Below are positions 20,485 to 28,804 of a stretch of 64,000 nucleotides of DNA, piece after piece. The notes under the pieces are model-generated. The model did not search any database. It had not been told where the DNA came from and saw only the letters and a program-made list of their open reading frames with translations. The DNA comes from Acidimicrobiaceae bacterium (GTDB lineage Bacteria > Actinomycetota > Acidimicrobiia > Acidimicrobiales > RAAP-2). The DNA lies in assembly GCA_027449665.1 (NCBI GenBank), contig DAIDLE010000002.1, forward strand, positions 127,587 to 191,586, in the 5' to 3' direction. A program made the translations under genes and the position numbers. Position 1 is the first letter of the stretch; every line of letters starts with the position of its first letter.

Positions 20485-20562
20485 TGGCTGATTGCACTGA
20501 ACGCGTTCCGATAATCGAGTTACCAACGAGGCTGCAGCGTCTCCGTGCGACAGCAGTCGAAT

Positions 20563-20578
20563 GTTTCACGTGAAACAC
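20563..20578. promoter_or_regulatory. parS centromere-like site (TGTTTCACGTGAAACA)
   Basis: Perfect 16-bp palindrome identical to the canonical parS. Confidence 0.9.
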
Positions 20579-20717
20579 TGACGAATTGAAGCATGCCAAT
20601 CAAAATCCTCAGATGAGTGAAACGCTAGTCCAGCGTCAATCATGCTTAGGGTAAACACCGTCCGGTAAACATCCTCAGCCCTTGTACGCAACCGCAGTGA
20701 CGGACGTACGGTCTCGT

Positions 20718-21002
20718 TTAGCGTGAATAGTCGTGACCGTCGGCGTCTCCGTTATTTTGACTACGCTCGCGGATCCGTACCGCAACGAAGTCCGGCATGA
20801 TGGCACTCGCGTAAAGCTCCTTGCCTTCAGTGTCCAGAGACTGTCGACGTCCTTTGAAGAGCGTCCGTAAAGGCATGCCGCGATTGGAATAGGCAATCCC
20901 AGCGCGCGTATTCCATCGTTCACGGTTCGCTCGGCGATCAGTAACGTTTCGACGATAGTCATGTCGTGTGTCAGTACGAGGTCGGCATGAGTCGTCACGC
21001 AC
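20718..21002 (-). CDS. candidate small basic protein (94 aa), unknown function
   Basis: The GTG start is preceded by GGGAGG plus 5 nt. The product has an Arg-rich N-terminus (RPRTDTRHDYRRNVTDRRANRERW). No family was recognised, and an overlapping 109 aa ORF in another frame cannot be excluded. Confidence 0.25.
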   Translation of the reverse strand: MRDDSCRPRTDTRHDYRRNVTDRRANRERWNTRAGIAYSNRGMPLRTLFKGRRQSLDTEGKELYASAIMPDFVAVRIRERSQNNGDADGHDYSR

Positions 21003-21070
21003 AATTACCTCCCAGGGTCAGCGGGGTGTTGTCGGACATTCCTCTCGGCCAGAAGCGTGGATCCCGACGT

Positions 21071-21226
21071 CTATCTTGGACGCACCTGTTCGAGCTCAGA
21101 CATGTGGTTAGACCGGATCAACCAGTCAAGACGCGCAGGGCTTGGAGATGGGTGAGCGTTACGTAGGCGTACGTCGTGCGACCATGACATCGCCGCCGGG
21201 GCATTCATCAGGAACTCGTTTTCCAT
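21071..21226 (-). CDS. candidate small protein (51 aa), unknown function
   Basis: The ATG is preceded by AGAGGGA plus 7 nt. The product is MENEFLMNAPAAMSWSHDVRLRNAHPSPSPARLDWLIRSNHMSELEQVRPR. It lies 68 nt upstream of the 94 aa candidate on the same strand. Confidence 0.2.
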   Translation of the reverse strand: MENEFLMNAPAAMSWSHDVRLRNAHPSPSPARLDWLIRSNHMSELEQVRPR

Positions 21227-21323
21227 CGCACAGTCCCTCTTGCGGTTACGCTGGCTGGAATCAATGCGTTTGTGACCCCGGCTGCCGGAATACTGAGCCA
21301 GGCGATTCACGGCACGAAGTCGA

Positions 21324-21339
21324 TGTTTCACGTGAAACA
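21324..21339. promoter_or_regulatory. parS centromere-like site (TGTTTCACGTGAAACA)
   Basis: Perfect 16-bp palindrome identical to the canonical parS. Confidence 0.9.
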
Positions 21340-21647
21340 ATCCACCACGGCCTTACTCTGCCGGAATACTGCGAACTGGCCGATCGCAGTTGCGAGGTGT
21401 GACAATAGGCAACACCAGAAAGACCTGCTACGTCGGCGTAGCGTGGGAAAGTGGCTGTCGAAGCCGTACCGTGAGTCTCTCAGTGTATGACCCTACAATT
21501 CCCCCCGGAAGGACATGGACACATGCTCGTTGATGGTGTGACCGACATTGTGGGTGGAAATCGTTGAGTTGAGAAAGCAGCACTTCGCCTCAGTCGAGTG
21601 ACGTAATAAGCTCTCGGTAGTGGCGAGGTTTCTCGTGTAGCACTGAA

Positions 21648-21663
21648 TGTTTCACGTGAAACA
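21648..21663. promoter_or_regulatory. parS centromere-like site (TGTTTCACGTGAAACA)
   Basis: Perfect 16-bp palindrome, extended to the 18-bp ATGTTTCACGTGAAACAT. Confidence 0.9.
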
Positions 21664-21790
21664 TGCGGCAGGCGATGATGGGATGATCCCGTTGGAACCG
21701 ATCTTCCTGGCTATAACTCTCAATGAATGAAAGGATATTGCTAACGTGTGTTCGTCAGTTGGTAGTGGTAACCGCGGTGTGCACGATCAA

Positions 21791-21806
21791 TGTTTCACGT
21801 GAAACA
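21791..21806. promoter_or_regulatory. parS centromere-like site (TGTTTCACGTGAAACA)
   Basis: Perfect 16-bp palindrome, extended to 18 bp; lies 87 nt upstream of the parA ORF start. Confidence 0.9.
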
Positions 21807-21892
21807 TGGGTACTTGACGGCTTGAACAAAACAGAGTTGAATGGCAGGGGACTGGTGGGCCCCTCGCAGATCCTTAGTGCAGGAAGAGGCTT

Positions 21893-22666
21893 ATGGCGGA
21901 TGATGGTGCGATGAGAATTTTCGCCGTGGCCAACCAAAAGGGTGGGGTTGGTAAGACAACCACCACGACATCGCTAGGGGCGGCACTCGCGCAAAGCGAT
22001 AAGCGTGTCCTTGTGGTTGACCTGGATCCTCAGGGGAACGCCACGACCGGCCTCGGCGTCGACGGGAGAAAATTCGAGCGGTCGGTCTACGACGTACTGC
22101 TGAACGACGTCCCCATGGTGGACATCGTTGAACCAACTGGCTTCAACAACCTCTTTGTTGCACCCGCTACGCTTGATCTGGCCGGCGTTGAACAAGAGCT
22201 CACCTCGGTTATTTCTCGCGAGCTTCGACTGAAGCGAGCACTCGCGTCCGTTGACGGGGAGTTTGACTACATCTTCATTGACTGTCCCCCATCATTGGGA
22301 CTCATCACCATTAACGCGTTCGCAGCGGCAACGGAGATCATGGTTCCAGTTCAAACGGAGTTTTACGCACTCGAAGGACTCACCCAGTTGCAACGAATCG
22401 TTGACTTGGTTCAGCGCAATCTCAATCCAACATTACGAATTTCGAAGGTTGTCTTGACGATGTACGACTCACGCAATACGCTTTCCATCGATGTGGCCGC
22501 CGAGGTCCGGCGACACTTTCCCGAGGAGTTATGTCGGACGGTTATTCCTCGGACGGTCCGACTGGCTGAGGCACCATCATTCGGACAGCCCATTACGTAC
22601 TTCGATCCAAATTCGAAGGGTGCCAAGTCATATCGCGCACTAGCGGAGGAGATTATGAATGGCTAG
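21893..22666 (+). CDS. parA: chromosome partitioning ATPase ParA/Soj
   Basis: Deviant Walker A motif NQKGGVGKTTTT. ATG 21911 (MRIFAV...) is an alternative start. Confidence 0.95.
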   Translation: MADDGAMRIFAVANQKGGVGKTTTTTSLGAALAQSDKRVLVVDLDPQGNATTGLGVDGRKFERSVYDVLLNDVPMVDIVEPTGFNNLFVAPATLDLAGVEQELTSVISRELRLKRALASVDGEFDYIFIDCPPSLGLITINAFAAATEIMVPVQTEFYALEGLTQLQRIVDLVQRNLNPTLRISKVVLTMYDSRNTLSIDVAAEVRRHFPEELCRTVIPRTVRLAEAPSFGQPITYFDPNSKGAKSYRALAEEIMNG

Positions 22667-23588
22667 GAAACCCGGCTTAGGCAAGGGATTGGGCGCACTG
22701 ATTCCTGACACGGTGGACTCAACCGTAGAGCACGACGATGTTGATGTGGGCGGACCGCTACGACGAATACCGGTCGCGGCAATCCGTCCCAATCAGTTTC
22801 AACCGCGCAAAGCTTTTAATGACGATAGTCTTCACGCTCTAGCATCGTCAGTCCGTGAACTCGGCGTGTTGCAGCCATTAATCGTCCGCCCTGTTGAAGG
22901 TGAAGATGGCGTATTCGAGCTCATTGCGGGAGAACGTCGCTGGCGAGCCGCCGCGATCGCCGGTCTCGAAACCGTTCCGGTGCTTGTCCAAGTCGACGTT
23001 AACGATCGTCTCTCACTTGAACAGGCCGTGGTGGAGAATTTGCACCGCGTCGACTTGCACTCATTGGAAGAGGCCGCTGCGTACCAGCAGCTTATCGACG
23101 AGTTTGATTTAACTCACGAACAAGTTGCGCAACGGGTCGGTAAGAGCCGAGCAAATATTACGAACACATTACGACTTCTACAACTAGGTGAAGCTGCACA
23201 GGCGGCCCTGGTAAGTGGCGATATAACGGCGGGTCACGCCCGTTCACTACTGGCGATCTCCGATCCCGATGCGCAAGCGGTGATGGTGGCGAGGGTCATC
23301 AAGAATGAACTCTCGGTGCGGGCTACCGAAGAAGCGGTTAAGGCGTTTCTCGAGCCCAAGCCCGTCGTGGTTGATGAGCCAGCGTTACGCGAGGTGTCGG
23401 GTGCTCCGCGCCTTCGACCCGTGCCGGACGCGAGCGTCGCCGAACTCGAGCATCTGCTTGAGGACTACCTCAGCACACGGGTCCACGTGGACCTGAAGGG
23501 CCGAAATGGTAGGATTATCATTGATTTTGCCGATCTCGACGATCTAGAGCGGCTCTATATCGCTATTTCGCAGGCGAAGCAACCTTGA
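22659..23588 (+). CDS. parB: chromosome partitioning protein ParB/Spo0J
   Basis: ParB box LIAGERRWRAA and an HTH segment THEQVAQRVGKSRANITNTLRLL. It overlaps the parA stop by 8 nt. Confidence 0.95.
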   Translation: MARKPGLGKGLGALIPDTVDSTVEHDDVDVGGPLRRIPVAAIRPNQFQPRKAFNDDSLHALASSVRELGVLQPLIVRPVEGEDGVFELIAGERRWRAAAIAGLETVPVLVQVDVNDRLSLEQAVVENLHRVDLHSLEEAAAYQQLIDEFDLTHEQVAQRVGKSRANITNTLRLLQLGEAAQAALVSGDITAGHARSLLAISDPDAQAVMVARVIKNELSVRATEEAVKAFLEPKPVVVDEPALREVSGAPRLRPVPDASVAELEHLLEDYLSTRVHVDLKGRNGRIIIDFADLDDLERLYIAISQAKQP

Positions 23589-23590
23589 AC

Positions 23591-23620
23591 CTTCAACATA
23601 ACCCTTACGTTGAGGTTTTC
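23591..23620 (+). terminator. possible intrinsic terminator after parB
   Basis: The stem pairs CCT(T)CAAC (23591-23598) with GTTGAGG (23610-23616), giving 7 bp with one bulge and an 11 nt loop. TTTT follows at 23617-23620. Confidence 0.35.
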
Positions 23621-23717
23621 CCCAACTTGTGGATGAAGTTGTGGGTTACGGTGACTACAACCTAAAAATGGCGGAAATTCCCTAGTATTACGGCTCTGCG
23701 GTGAGCATGGGAAATGC

Positions 23718-24656
23718 CTAGTTGTGGAGAACTTTTGTCACAAGGGAGCAAATAACGGTTGCGATGGTCTCAAGTTGGCCGGCGTGGTGACCGTGTTCGA
23801 TGTGGAGCGTCGTCATCTTCGTCTCGCGAAGCAAGGGAAGAGCCATTCCCGTCACCTCCACCCGTGGCAAGTCACAGGAGTTGGCCAGCTCTGACGCAAT
23901 TGCACTCGCCAACTGCTCGCCTCGACGTGAATGTGACCGGTAACTTGCCCAGTAGTGCAAGTGGATACCGTTGATTGACTCGTTGAGCTCAAAGGAGAGA
24001 ACGAGACCGGCGTTGGCAGTGTTGGCTGACGCGGCGACCTCATTCGCGTCGCCGACCACCGTGCGACGCAGTTCCGCAGGTCCCATCCACGAGCTCGACA
24101 CCGCGTCCGCTAGTGCCGTGTCGCCGACCACGACGACCAAGTTGGTGGTGAACTCGTTAAAGCCAGCCCGGTCACGAGCGTCGGTGACCAGGTGTCGATC
24201 GGGAGCAATGGACGTCATGCGCGATAACTCGAGGAGTGTGGCCCGCGTCAGCGTTCCGCTCGGTTCGAGAGCGCGGTTGCGTTGAAAATCCGTTAGGGCG
24301 CCGTCGAGCAACGCGCCGAAGATTCCATCGATGCGACCAGGGTCAAAGCCGAGTTGCGCTAGTCGTACCTGTAGCTCCGCGACGTCGTCACCTCGCTGAT
24401 GGGGCCGCGTGAGGTAGAGGAGGCGATCGCCGAGGTGCCAACCGGCCTCAACCAGTCGAGCCCACGTGGTGGCGTCGACGTCACCGGTGATTGGTAGGCC
24501 TCGCGAACGCTGGAACGCCTCGACCACGGCAGCCGTGGCGTCGCCGAAGGATGCCAAGTCGTTGGTCAGTACTGCGTAACCGATACGTCGCAGTCGCTCG
24601 TGCAGCTCCTGGACGCGCGGACCGGAGTCGCCCCGTTGGAGTGAGCTCGTGATCAG
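23718..24656 (-). CDS. CwlM-like protein: two PG_binding_1 domains plus an Amidase_3-like C-terminal domain
   Basis: Two LGxxPGxIDGxFG / GLPxTGxVD type peptidoglycan-binding repeats are followed by an amidase-like domain. The gene sits after trxA, as cwlM does in mycobacteria. The start is uncertain: the ORF-track TTG is at 24557, but the first PG-binding domain continues upstream (see findings). Confidence 0.7.
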   Translation of the reverse strand: MITSSLQRGDSGPRVQELHERLRRIGYAVLTNDLASFGDATAAVVEAFQRSRGLPITGDVDATTWARLVEAGWHLGDRLLYLTRPHQRGDDVAELQVRLAQLGFDPGRIDGIFGALLDGALTDFQRNRALEPSGTLTRATLLELSRMTSIAPDRHLVTDARDRAGFNEFTTNLVVVVGDTALADAVSSSWMGPAELRRTVVGDANEVAASANTANAGLVLSFELNESINGIHLHYWASYRSHSRRGEQLASAIASELANSCDLPRVEVTGMALPLLRETKMTTLHIEHGHHAGQLETIATVICSLVTKVLHN

Positions 24657-24661
24657 GGTAG

Positions 24662-24988
24662 TTAGAGAGACGCGGTGATCTCGTGCAAGAGGGCGCCCTT
24701 GGGCTTAGCGCCAACGATGCGCGCCACGACGTGGCCATCTTTGAACAGCAGCAGCGTGGGGATACTCATCACCGAGAACTTCGTCGCCGTGGCGACGTTG
24801 GCGTCGACGTCGAGCTTGCCAATCGTGAACTTGTCGGCTTGCTCAACCGCAAATTGCTCGAGGATCGGCGCGATCATCTTGCACGGACCGCACCACTCGG
24901 CCCAGAAGTCAACGAGAATTGGCTTGTCGGCCGATCCCACGACCTCGTCAAACGTCGCGTCGGACAGTATCGTAATTGGACTCGTCAC
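24662..24988 (-). CDS. trxA: thioredoxin
   Basis: Active-site motif WAEWCGPCK. The start is set at the GTG after GGAGGAAGA; the ORF-track start is 25039. Confidence 0.93.
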   Translation of the reverse strand: MTSPITILSDATFDEVVGSADKPILVDFWAEWCGPCKMIAPILEQFAVEQADKFTIGKLDVDANVATATKFSVMSIPTLLLFKDGHVVARIVGAKPKGALLHEITASL

Positions 24989-25042
24989 TCTTCCTCCAGT
25001 GCATCTCGTCAGGGTCGTGGCAACCACCTTACCCACCAACGA

Positions 25043-25996
25043 TCATTCGCCTTGCGCCTCGAGCCATCGCTCGGCATCGATAGCGGCAATGCAGCCGGAG
25101 CCGGCTGACGTAATCGCTTGGCGATACTGGTCATCCTGAACATCACCCGCGGCAAAGAGTCCGTCCACGTTAGTGAAGGACCCTACGCCCGTGCGAACGT
25201 ACCCGTTGCCGTGCAACTCAACCTGCCCGTGCACGAGCGAGGTGTTGGGAACGTGGCCGATGGCGACGAAGACACCCGTCACGTCCATGATGCGTTCATC
25301 GCCCGTAGTCGTGTCGGCGACACGGAGTCCCGAGACCTTATGGTCACCGAGAACCTCGAGGACTTTGGTATTCCACGCGAAGCGGATCTTGTCGTTAGCA
25401 AAGGCCCGCTCCTGCATAATCTTGGACGCGCGTAGCGTGTCGCGTCGGTGGACGATGGTCACGCTCGACGCAAAACGCGTGAGGAACGTTGCCTCCTCGA
25501 TGGCCGAGTCGCCGCCACCGATGACGGCAATATCGTGGCCGCGAAAGAAAAACCCGTCGCAGGTCGCGCAGGTGGAGAGGCCGTGGCTCAACAGGCGGCT
25601 CTCACCCGGCACGTTCATCATCAGTGACTGGGCACCGGTGGCCAGAATGACGGAGTCGGCGGTAATGCTTGGTTCGACGTCCTCGGAAAGCCACGCGCGA
25701 AACGGTCGCTGGGCGGTATCCAGGCGCTGCACCTTGTTGATCCGCAGATCCGCCCCAAAACGCTCGGCTTGGGCGCGCATGTTCGCCATCAGTTCTGGCC
25801 CCGTGATCCCGTCGGGGAAACCAGGAAAGTTCTCGATGTCGGTGGTGAGCATCAACTGGCCGCCTGGCTGATCCGAGGTCGATGACGGTTCGCCCTCGAT
25901 AACAATCGGCCGAAGCTGCGCTCGCGCCGTGTAGATCGCGGCGGTCAGCCCAGCCGGCCCTGATCCGATGATCAGGACACGCGTGTGGTCAGTCAT
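25043..25996 (-). CDS. trxB: thioredoxin-disulfide reductase
   Basis: Motifs [14 protein letters not shown] (FAD), CATCDG (redox-active site) and [10 protein letters not shown] (NADPH). Confidence 0.95.
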   Translation of the reverse strand: MTDHTRVLIIGSGPAGLTAAIYTARAQLRPIVIEGEPSSTSDQPGGQLMLTTDIENFPGFPDGITGPELMANMRAQAERFGADLRINKVQRLDTAQRPFRAWLSEDVEPSITADSVILATGAQSLMMNVPGESRLLSHGLSTCATCDGFFFRGHDIAVIGGGDSAIEEATFLTRFASSVTIVHRRDTLRASKIMQERAFANDKIRFAWNTKVLEVLGDHKVSGLRVADTTTGDERIMDVTGVFVAIGHVPNTSLVHGQVELHGNGYVRTGVGSFTNVDGLFAAGDVQDDQYRQAITSAGSGCIAAIDAERWLEAQGE

Positions 25997-26324
25997 GGGA
26001 AGTGCTCCGGACGGGGGCGGGGCGACGGCGGCGCCAGATCAGAAATCCCAGCGCTAGAGATACGACCCCAACGAGCACGTACGTGATCCAGACGCGTCCG
26101 GCGAAGAGGTAGACGTCCATGAGGCGGACGATTCCGATCACGAGCACGATCACGAGCGCCAGCGTGACGAGCAGTAGTACGAAGATGAACGCGACGGTGC
26201 GTCCGGCGAGCAGTATCGGTCGCAGCACCTTGTCGTGGACGACATCGAGGACGTGGTCGAGGGACCCCAGCGCCTTATCGACGAAATCGGGTCCTCGTTC
26301 GGGGGGGGGACTTGTCTCGGTCAC
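25989..26324 (-). CDS. small integral membrane protein, unknown function
   Basis: 111 aa with two long hydrophobic helices. It overlaps the trxB start by 8 nt and contains a C9 homopolymer at codons 5-8. Confidence 0.55.
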   Translation of the reverse strand: MTETSPPPERGPDFVDKALGSLDHVLDVVHDKVLRPILLAGRTVAFIFVLLLVTLALVIVLVIGIVRLMDVYLFAGRVWITYVLVGVVSLALGFLIWRRRRPAPVRSTSHD

Positions 26325-26349
26325 GCTACGAACCTAGTGCGCTGAGTAG

Positions 26350-27189
26350 TCAGGCTCCAACCCAGCAGATCGCCACGATGCGCGGGCCGCCGTGGGTGCC
26401 GACAACGGGGCCAATGTCGGTAACGATGAGCGGTTCGTTCGAAGGGATGTCGCGAACCATCTCGATCAAGGTGCCAACGTCGTTGGCGTCGCCGTGCGCG
26501 ATGGCAATCCGCGAGAGTGGCGCGTGACGTCGCGCCACAGCCGCCACCGCGGCGAGGGCCTTCGCGCGCGTACGCTGACGACCCGCCTCGGCGACGACGC
26601 CATCCTTGAGCGCGAGCAGGGGCTTTATCGAAAGTACCTGACCGATCAGTGCGCGAGCGCCGCCAACGCGTCCGCCCTTCACGAGATGCTCGAGCGTGTC
26701 TAGCGTGCCGCAGACGCCGACTCGTTCGACTAGGTGCCGCGCGCGACTTTCCAGTTCGTCAATCTCGGCGCCGGTGCTGGCCAGCTCAGCCACGTCCATC
26801 GCGAGTAGACCTTGAGCCATCGACACCGCCTTGGTGTCCACGACGCGCACGGGGATCGAGTCGGCGACCGCATCGGCGGCGAGCGTCGCGGATTGGTGAG
26901 TCGCGGACAGGGCCGCCGAGATGGTGACGACCAGCACGCCGTCGCAGCCGTCGCGGCTCGCTCGCTCGTAGGCCTCTTGAAAGGCTCCGGGTGATGGCGC
27001 CGCCGTCTCGGGCAACACTTTGGACGCCTTGCACATCGCCCAGAACTGTGCGGGGGACAGGTCAACTCGATCAACGAACTCCTCGTCACCGAACCGTATG
27101 GTGAGTGAGACGATATCGATATCGAGGCGCGTAGCAATCTCGCCGGGCAGGTCGCTGGCGCTATCGGTAATCACGCGGATCTTGGCCAT
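26350..27189 (-). CDS. DegV family fatty-acid-binding protein
   Basis: An internal ATG after AAGGGGGA gives MAKIRVITDSASDLP, a typical DegV N-terminus. The resulting length is about 280 aa. Confidence 0.85.
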   Translation of the reverse strand: MAKIRVITDSASDLPGEIATRLDIDIVSLTIRFGDEEFVDRVDLSPAQFWAMCKASKVLPETAAPSPGAFQEAYERASRDGCDGVLVVTISAALSATHQSATLAADAVADSIPVRVVDTKAVSMAQGLLAMDVAELASTGAEIDELESRARHLVERVGVCGTLDTLEHLVKGGRVGGARALIGQVLSIKPLLALKDGVVAEAGRQRTRAKALAAVAAVARRHAPLSRIAIAHGDANDVGTLIEMVRDIPSNEPLIVTDIGPVVGTHGGPRIVAICWVGA

Positions 27190-27220
27190 GGGTCCCCCTT
27201 GGTGGTGGCGCCGGCCAGCC

Positions 27221-28804
27221 TTACACGTTCGAGCGCCGCCGGCCAGCGCGTCGCTGCCCGGCGGCAATGACCAGTACGTACGCGACGATGCCCACGGCGA
27301 CGGCGCCACCGAATCGCACGAGCAAGCCGAGTCCGATGGCCGCGGTCGACGAGGCGTAGACAACCGCCATCGCGAGCCCCGCGACCAGGGAGGCGATGAG
27401 ACTTCGGCGAACGTGCACTGACCAGATCGTCGACGTGATCGACACGTGCAGGCGCGCCAGGACGGTGAGCGCCACGACGGCGGCGATCGTGTAGGCGAGT
27501 GAGACGCTGGCGGTCAACTGCGCGAGGGAGTGACGGCCAATCGCGATGGCGAAGCCAATGGTGAGTGCGTTCTGTAGCAGGTAGAGCAGAAAGACCTGGC
27601 GAGCCCGCTGCATGGCTTGGAGGCCCCGTACGCCCAGCATGAACACGGTGAAGCCGGGCATGCCGGCGGCCAGGATGGCGAGCACGGTTCCGGCCGGAAT
27701 CGTGTGGGTCGCGTTTACGTGATTGAGCACCGCCACCAATGGCTGGCTGAGGATGATGAACCCGACGGTGCACGGGACGATGATGACGAGCGACTGGCGT
27801 AGACCGAAACGCAGTCGTTGGCTGAACGCCCCGTAGTCGTGGTCCGTTGCGAGCCGGGCCAATTGGGGTCCGAGTGAACTGAGTACCGATACGACGATGA
27901 CTGCGTACGGAATCAGGAAGAAGGACCACCCGTAGGTATAGGCACTCACCGGCCCACTGCCGCCCTCGCCAAAGGCGAACGCGAGTATCACGTAGAGCGA
28001 CGCCTGATTGGCGGCGACGACGAGCAGTGTCCAGCTCCCGAGTCGTGTGATCGCGCGCAGCGCCGGGTCGTGGCGGTCGAAGCGGGGTCCGATGCGCCAC
28101 AGGTCACTGCGGGCGAGCGAGGGGATGAGACAGAGGAACTGAACGGCGACGCCGAGCGTGGTGCCCAGGCCCAGCCACAGCAGGTCGTGGCTACCGGGCA
28201 ACTGGGACAGTACGGGGGTGGGGTCGACTAGGTGGAACCACACGAGGACGGCGACCGCGATGACGTTGTTCGCGACGGGAACCCACGCGGGCGCGCCGAA
28301 TCGGTGGCGAACGTTGAGCAACGCCGTGGCCAGGCCGATGATGCCGTAGAAGAAGATCTGGGGTACGAACCAGCGCAGTAGTTGGGTGGCCACCCGCCGC
28401 TGGTCGACGAGCGTACTCGCCGCACGGCCGACGTCAAGTTGGTGTAGCGCGGTGAAGCCGTCGATGATCCAAGGCGCCGTCCACCACGCGAGCACGGACC
28501 CGGCGATCAGGACCAGGACCGAGGCGGTGAGCACGGTGGAGATGGAGTGCCACGCGCGACGCTCGCCGTCGACCGCCAGTCGTTCGACGAAGACGGGAAT
28601 GTACGTCGCAATCATGACCCCCCCAAGTACGAGGTCAAAGAGCATGTTGGGGATCGTGTTGGCGAGGTTGAAGGCGTCGGCGAGCGGGGTGAAGCCCAGT
28701 ACCCACACCAGCACGAAGACGCGGACGAGACCGGTGAGTCGTGACACCAGCGTGCCGCTCGCCATGGACAGGACGCGCGAGGAGTGGTTTGAGGCGACGC
28801 TCAT
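27221..28804 (-). CDS. murJ: lipid II flippase MurJ (MviN)
   Basis: The N-terminus reads MASGTLVSRLTGLVRV..LADAFNLANTIPN, and the protein has many transmembrane segments. The start is set at ATG 28804, which forms an ATGA overlap with the upstream stop. Confidence 0.9.
   Translation of the reverse strand: MSVASNHSSRVLSMASGTLVSRLTGLVRVFVLVWVLGFTPLADAFNLANTIPNMLFDLVLGGVMIATYIPVFVERLAVDGERRAWHSISTVLTASVLVLIAGSVLAWWTAPWIIDGFTALHQLDVGRAASTLVDQRRVATQLLRWFVPQIFFYGIIGLATALLNVRHRFGAPAWVPVANNVIAVAVLVWFHLVDPTPVLSQLPGSHDLLWLGLGTTLGVAVQFLCLIPSLARSDLWRIGPRFDRHDPALRAITRLGSWTLLVVAANQASLYVILAFAFGEGGSGPVSAYTYGWSFFLIPYAVIVVSVLSSLGPQLARLATDHDYGAFSQRLRFGLRQSLVIIVPCTVGFIILSQPLVAVLNHVNATHTIPAGTVLAILAAGMPGFTVFMLGVRGLQAMQRARQVFLLYLLQNALTIGFAIAIGRHSLAQLTASVSLAYTIAAVVALTVLARLHVSITSTIWSVHVRRSLIASLVAGLAMAVVYASSTAAIGLGLLVRFGGAVAVGIVAYVLVIAAGQRRAGRRRSNV

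Noticed and set aside
21071-21490. ORFs beginning MFHVKH (minus strand, 21340) and MFHVKQ (plus strand, 21272)
   Set aside because: Both apparent start codons are created by the parS palindrome itself, since ATGTTTCACGTGAAACAT reads ATG TTT CAC GTG AAA on either strand. I kept only the internal SD-preceded ATG at 21226, as a low-confidence candidate.
20469-21806. The repeated 16-bp palindrome considered as a possible CRISPR or MITE-like array
   Set aside because: The spacings are irregular (94, 761, 324 and 143 bp), there are no cas genes, and the repeat is exactly the canonical parS next to parAB.
27171-28100. A 309 aa ORF in an alternative frame of the murJ strand; similar cases are 51495-52421 within the MFS gene and 47953-48867 within the permease gene
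   Set aside because: These are Arg/Pro/Gly-rich off-frame translations. The in-frame products are coherent multi-pass membrane proteins.
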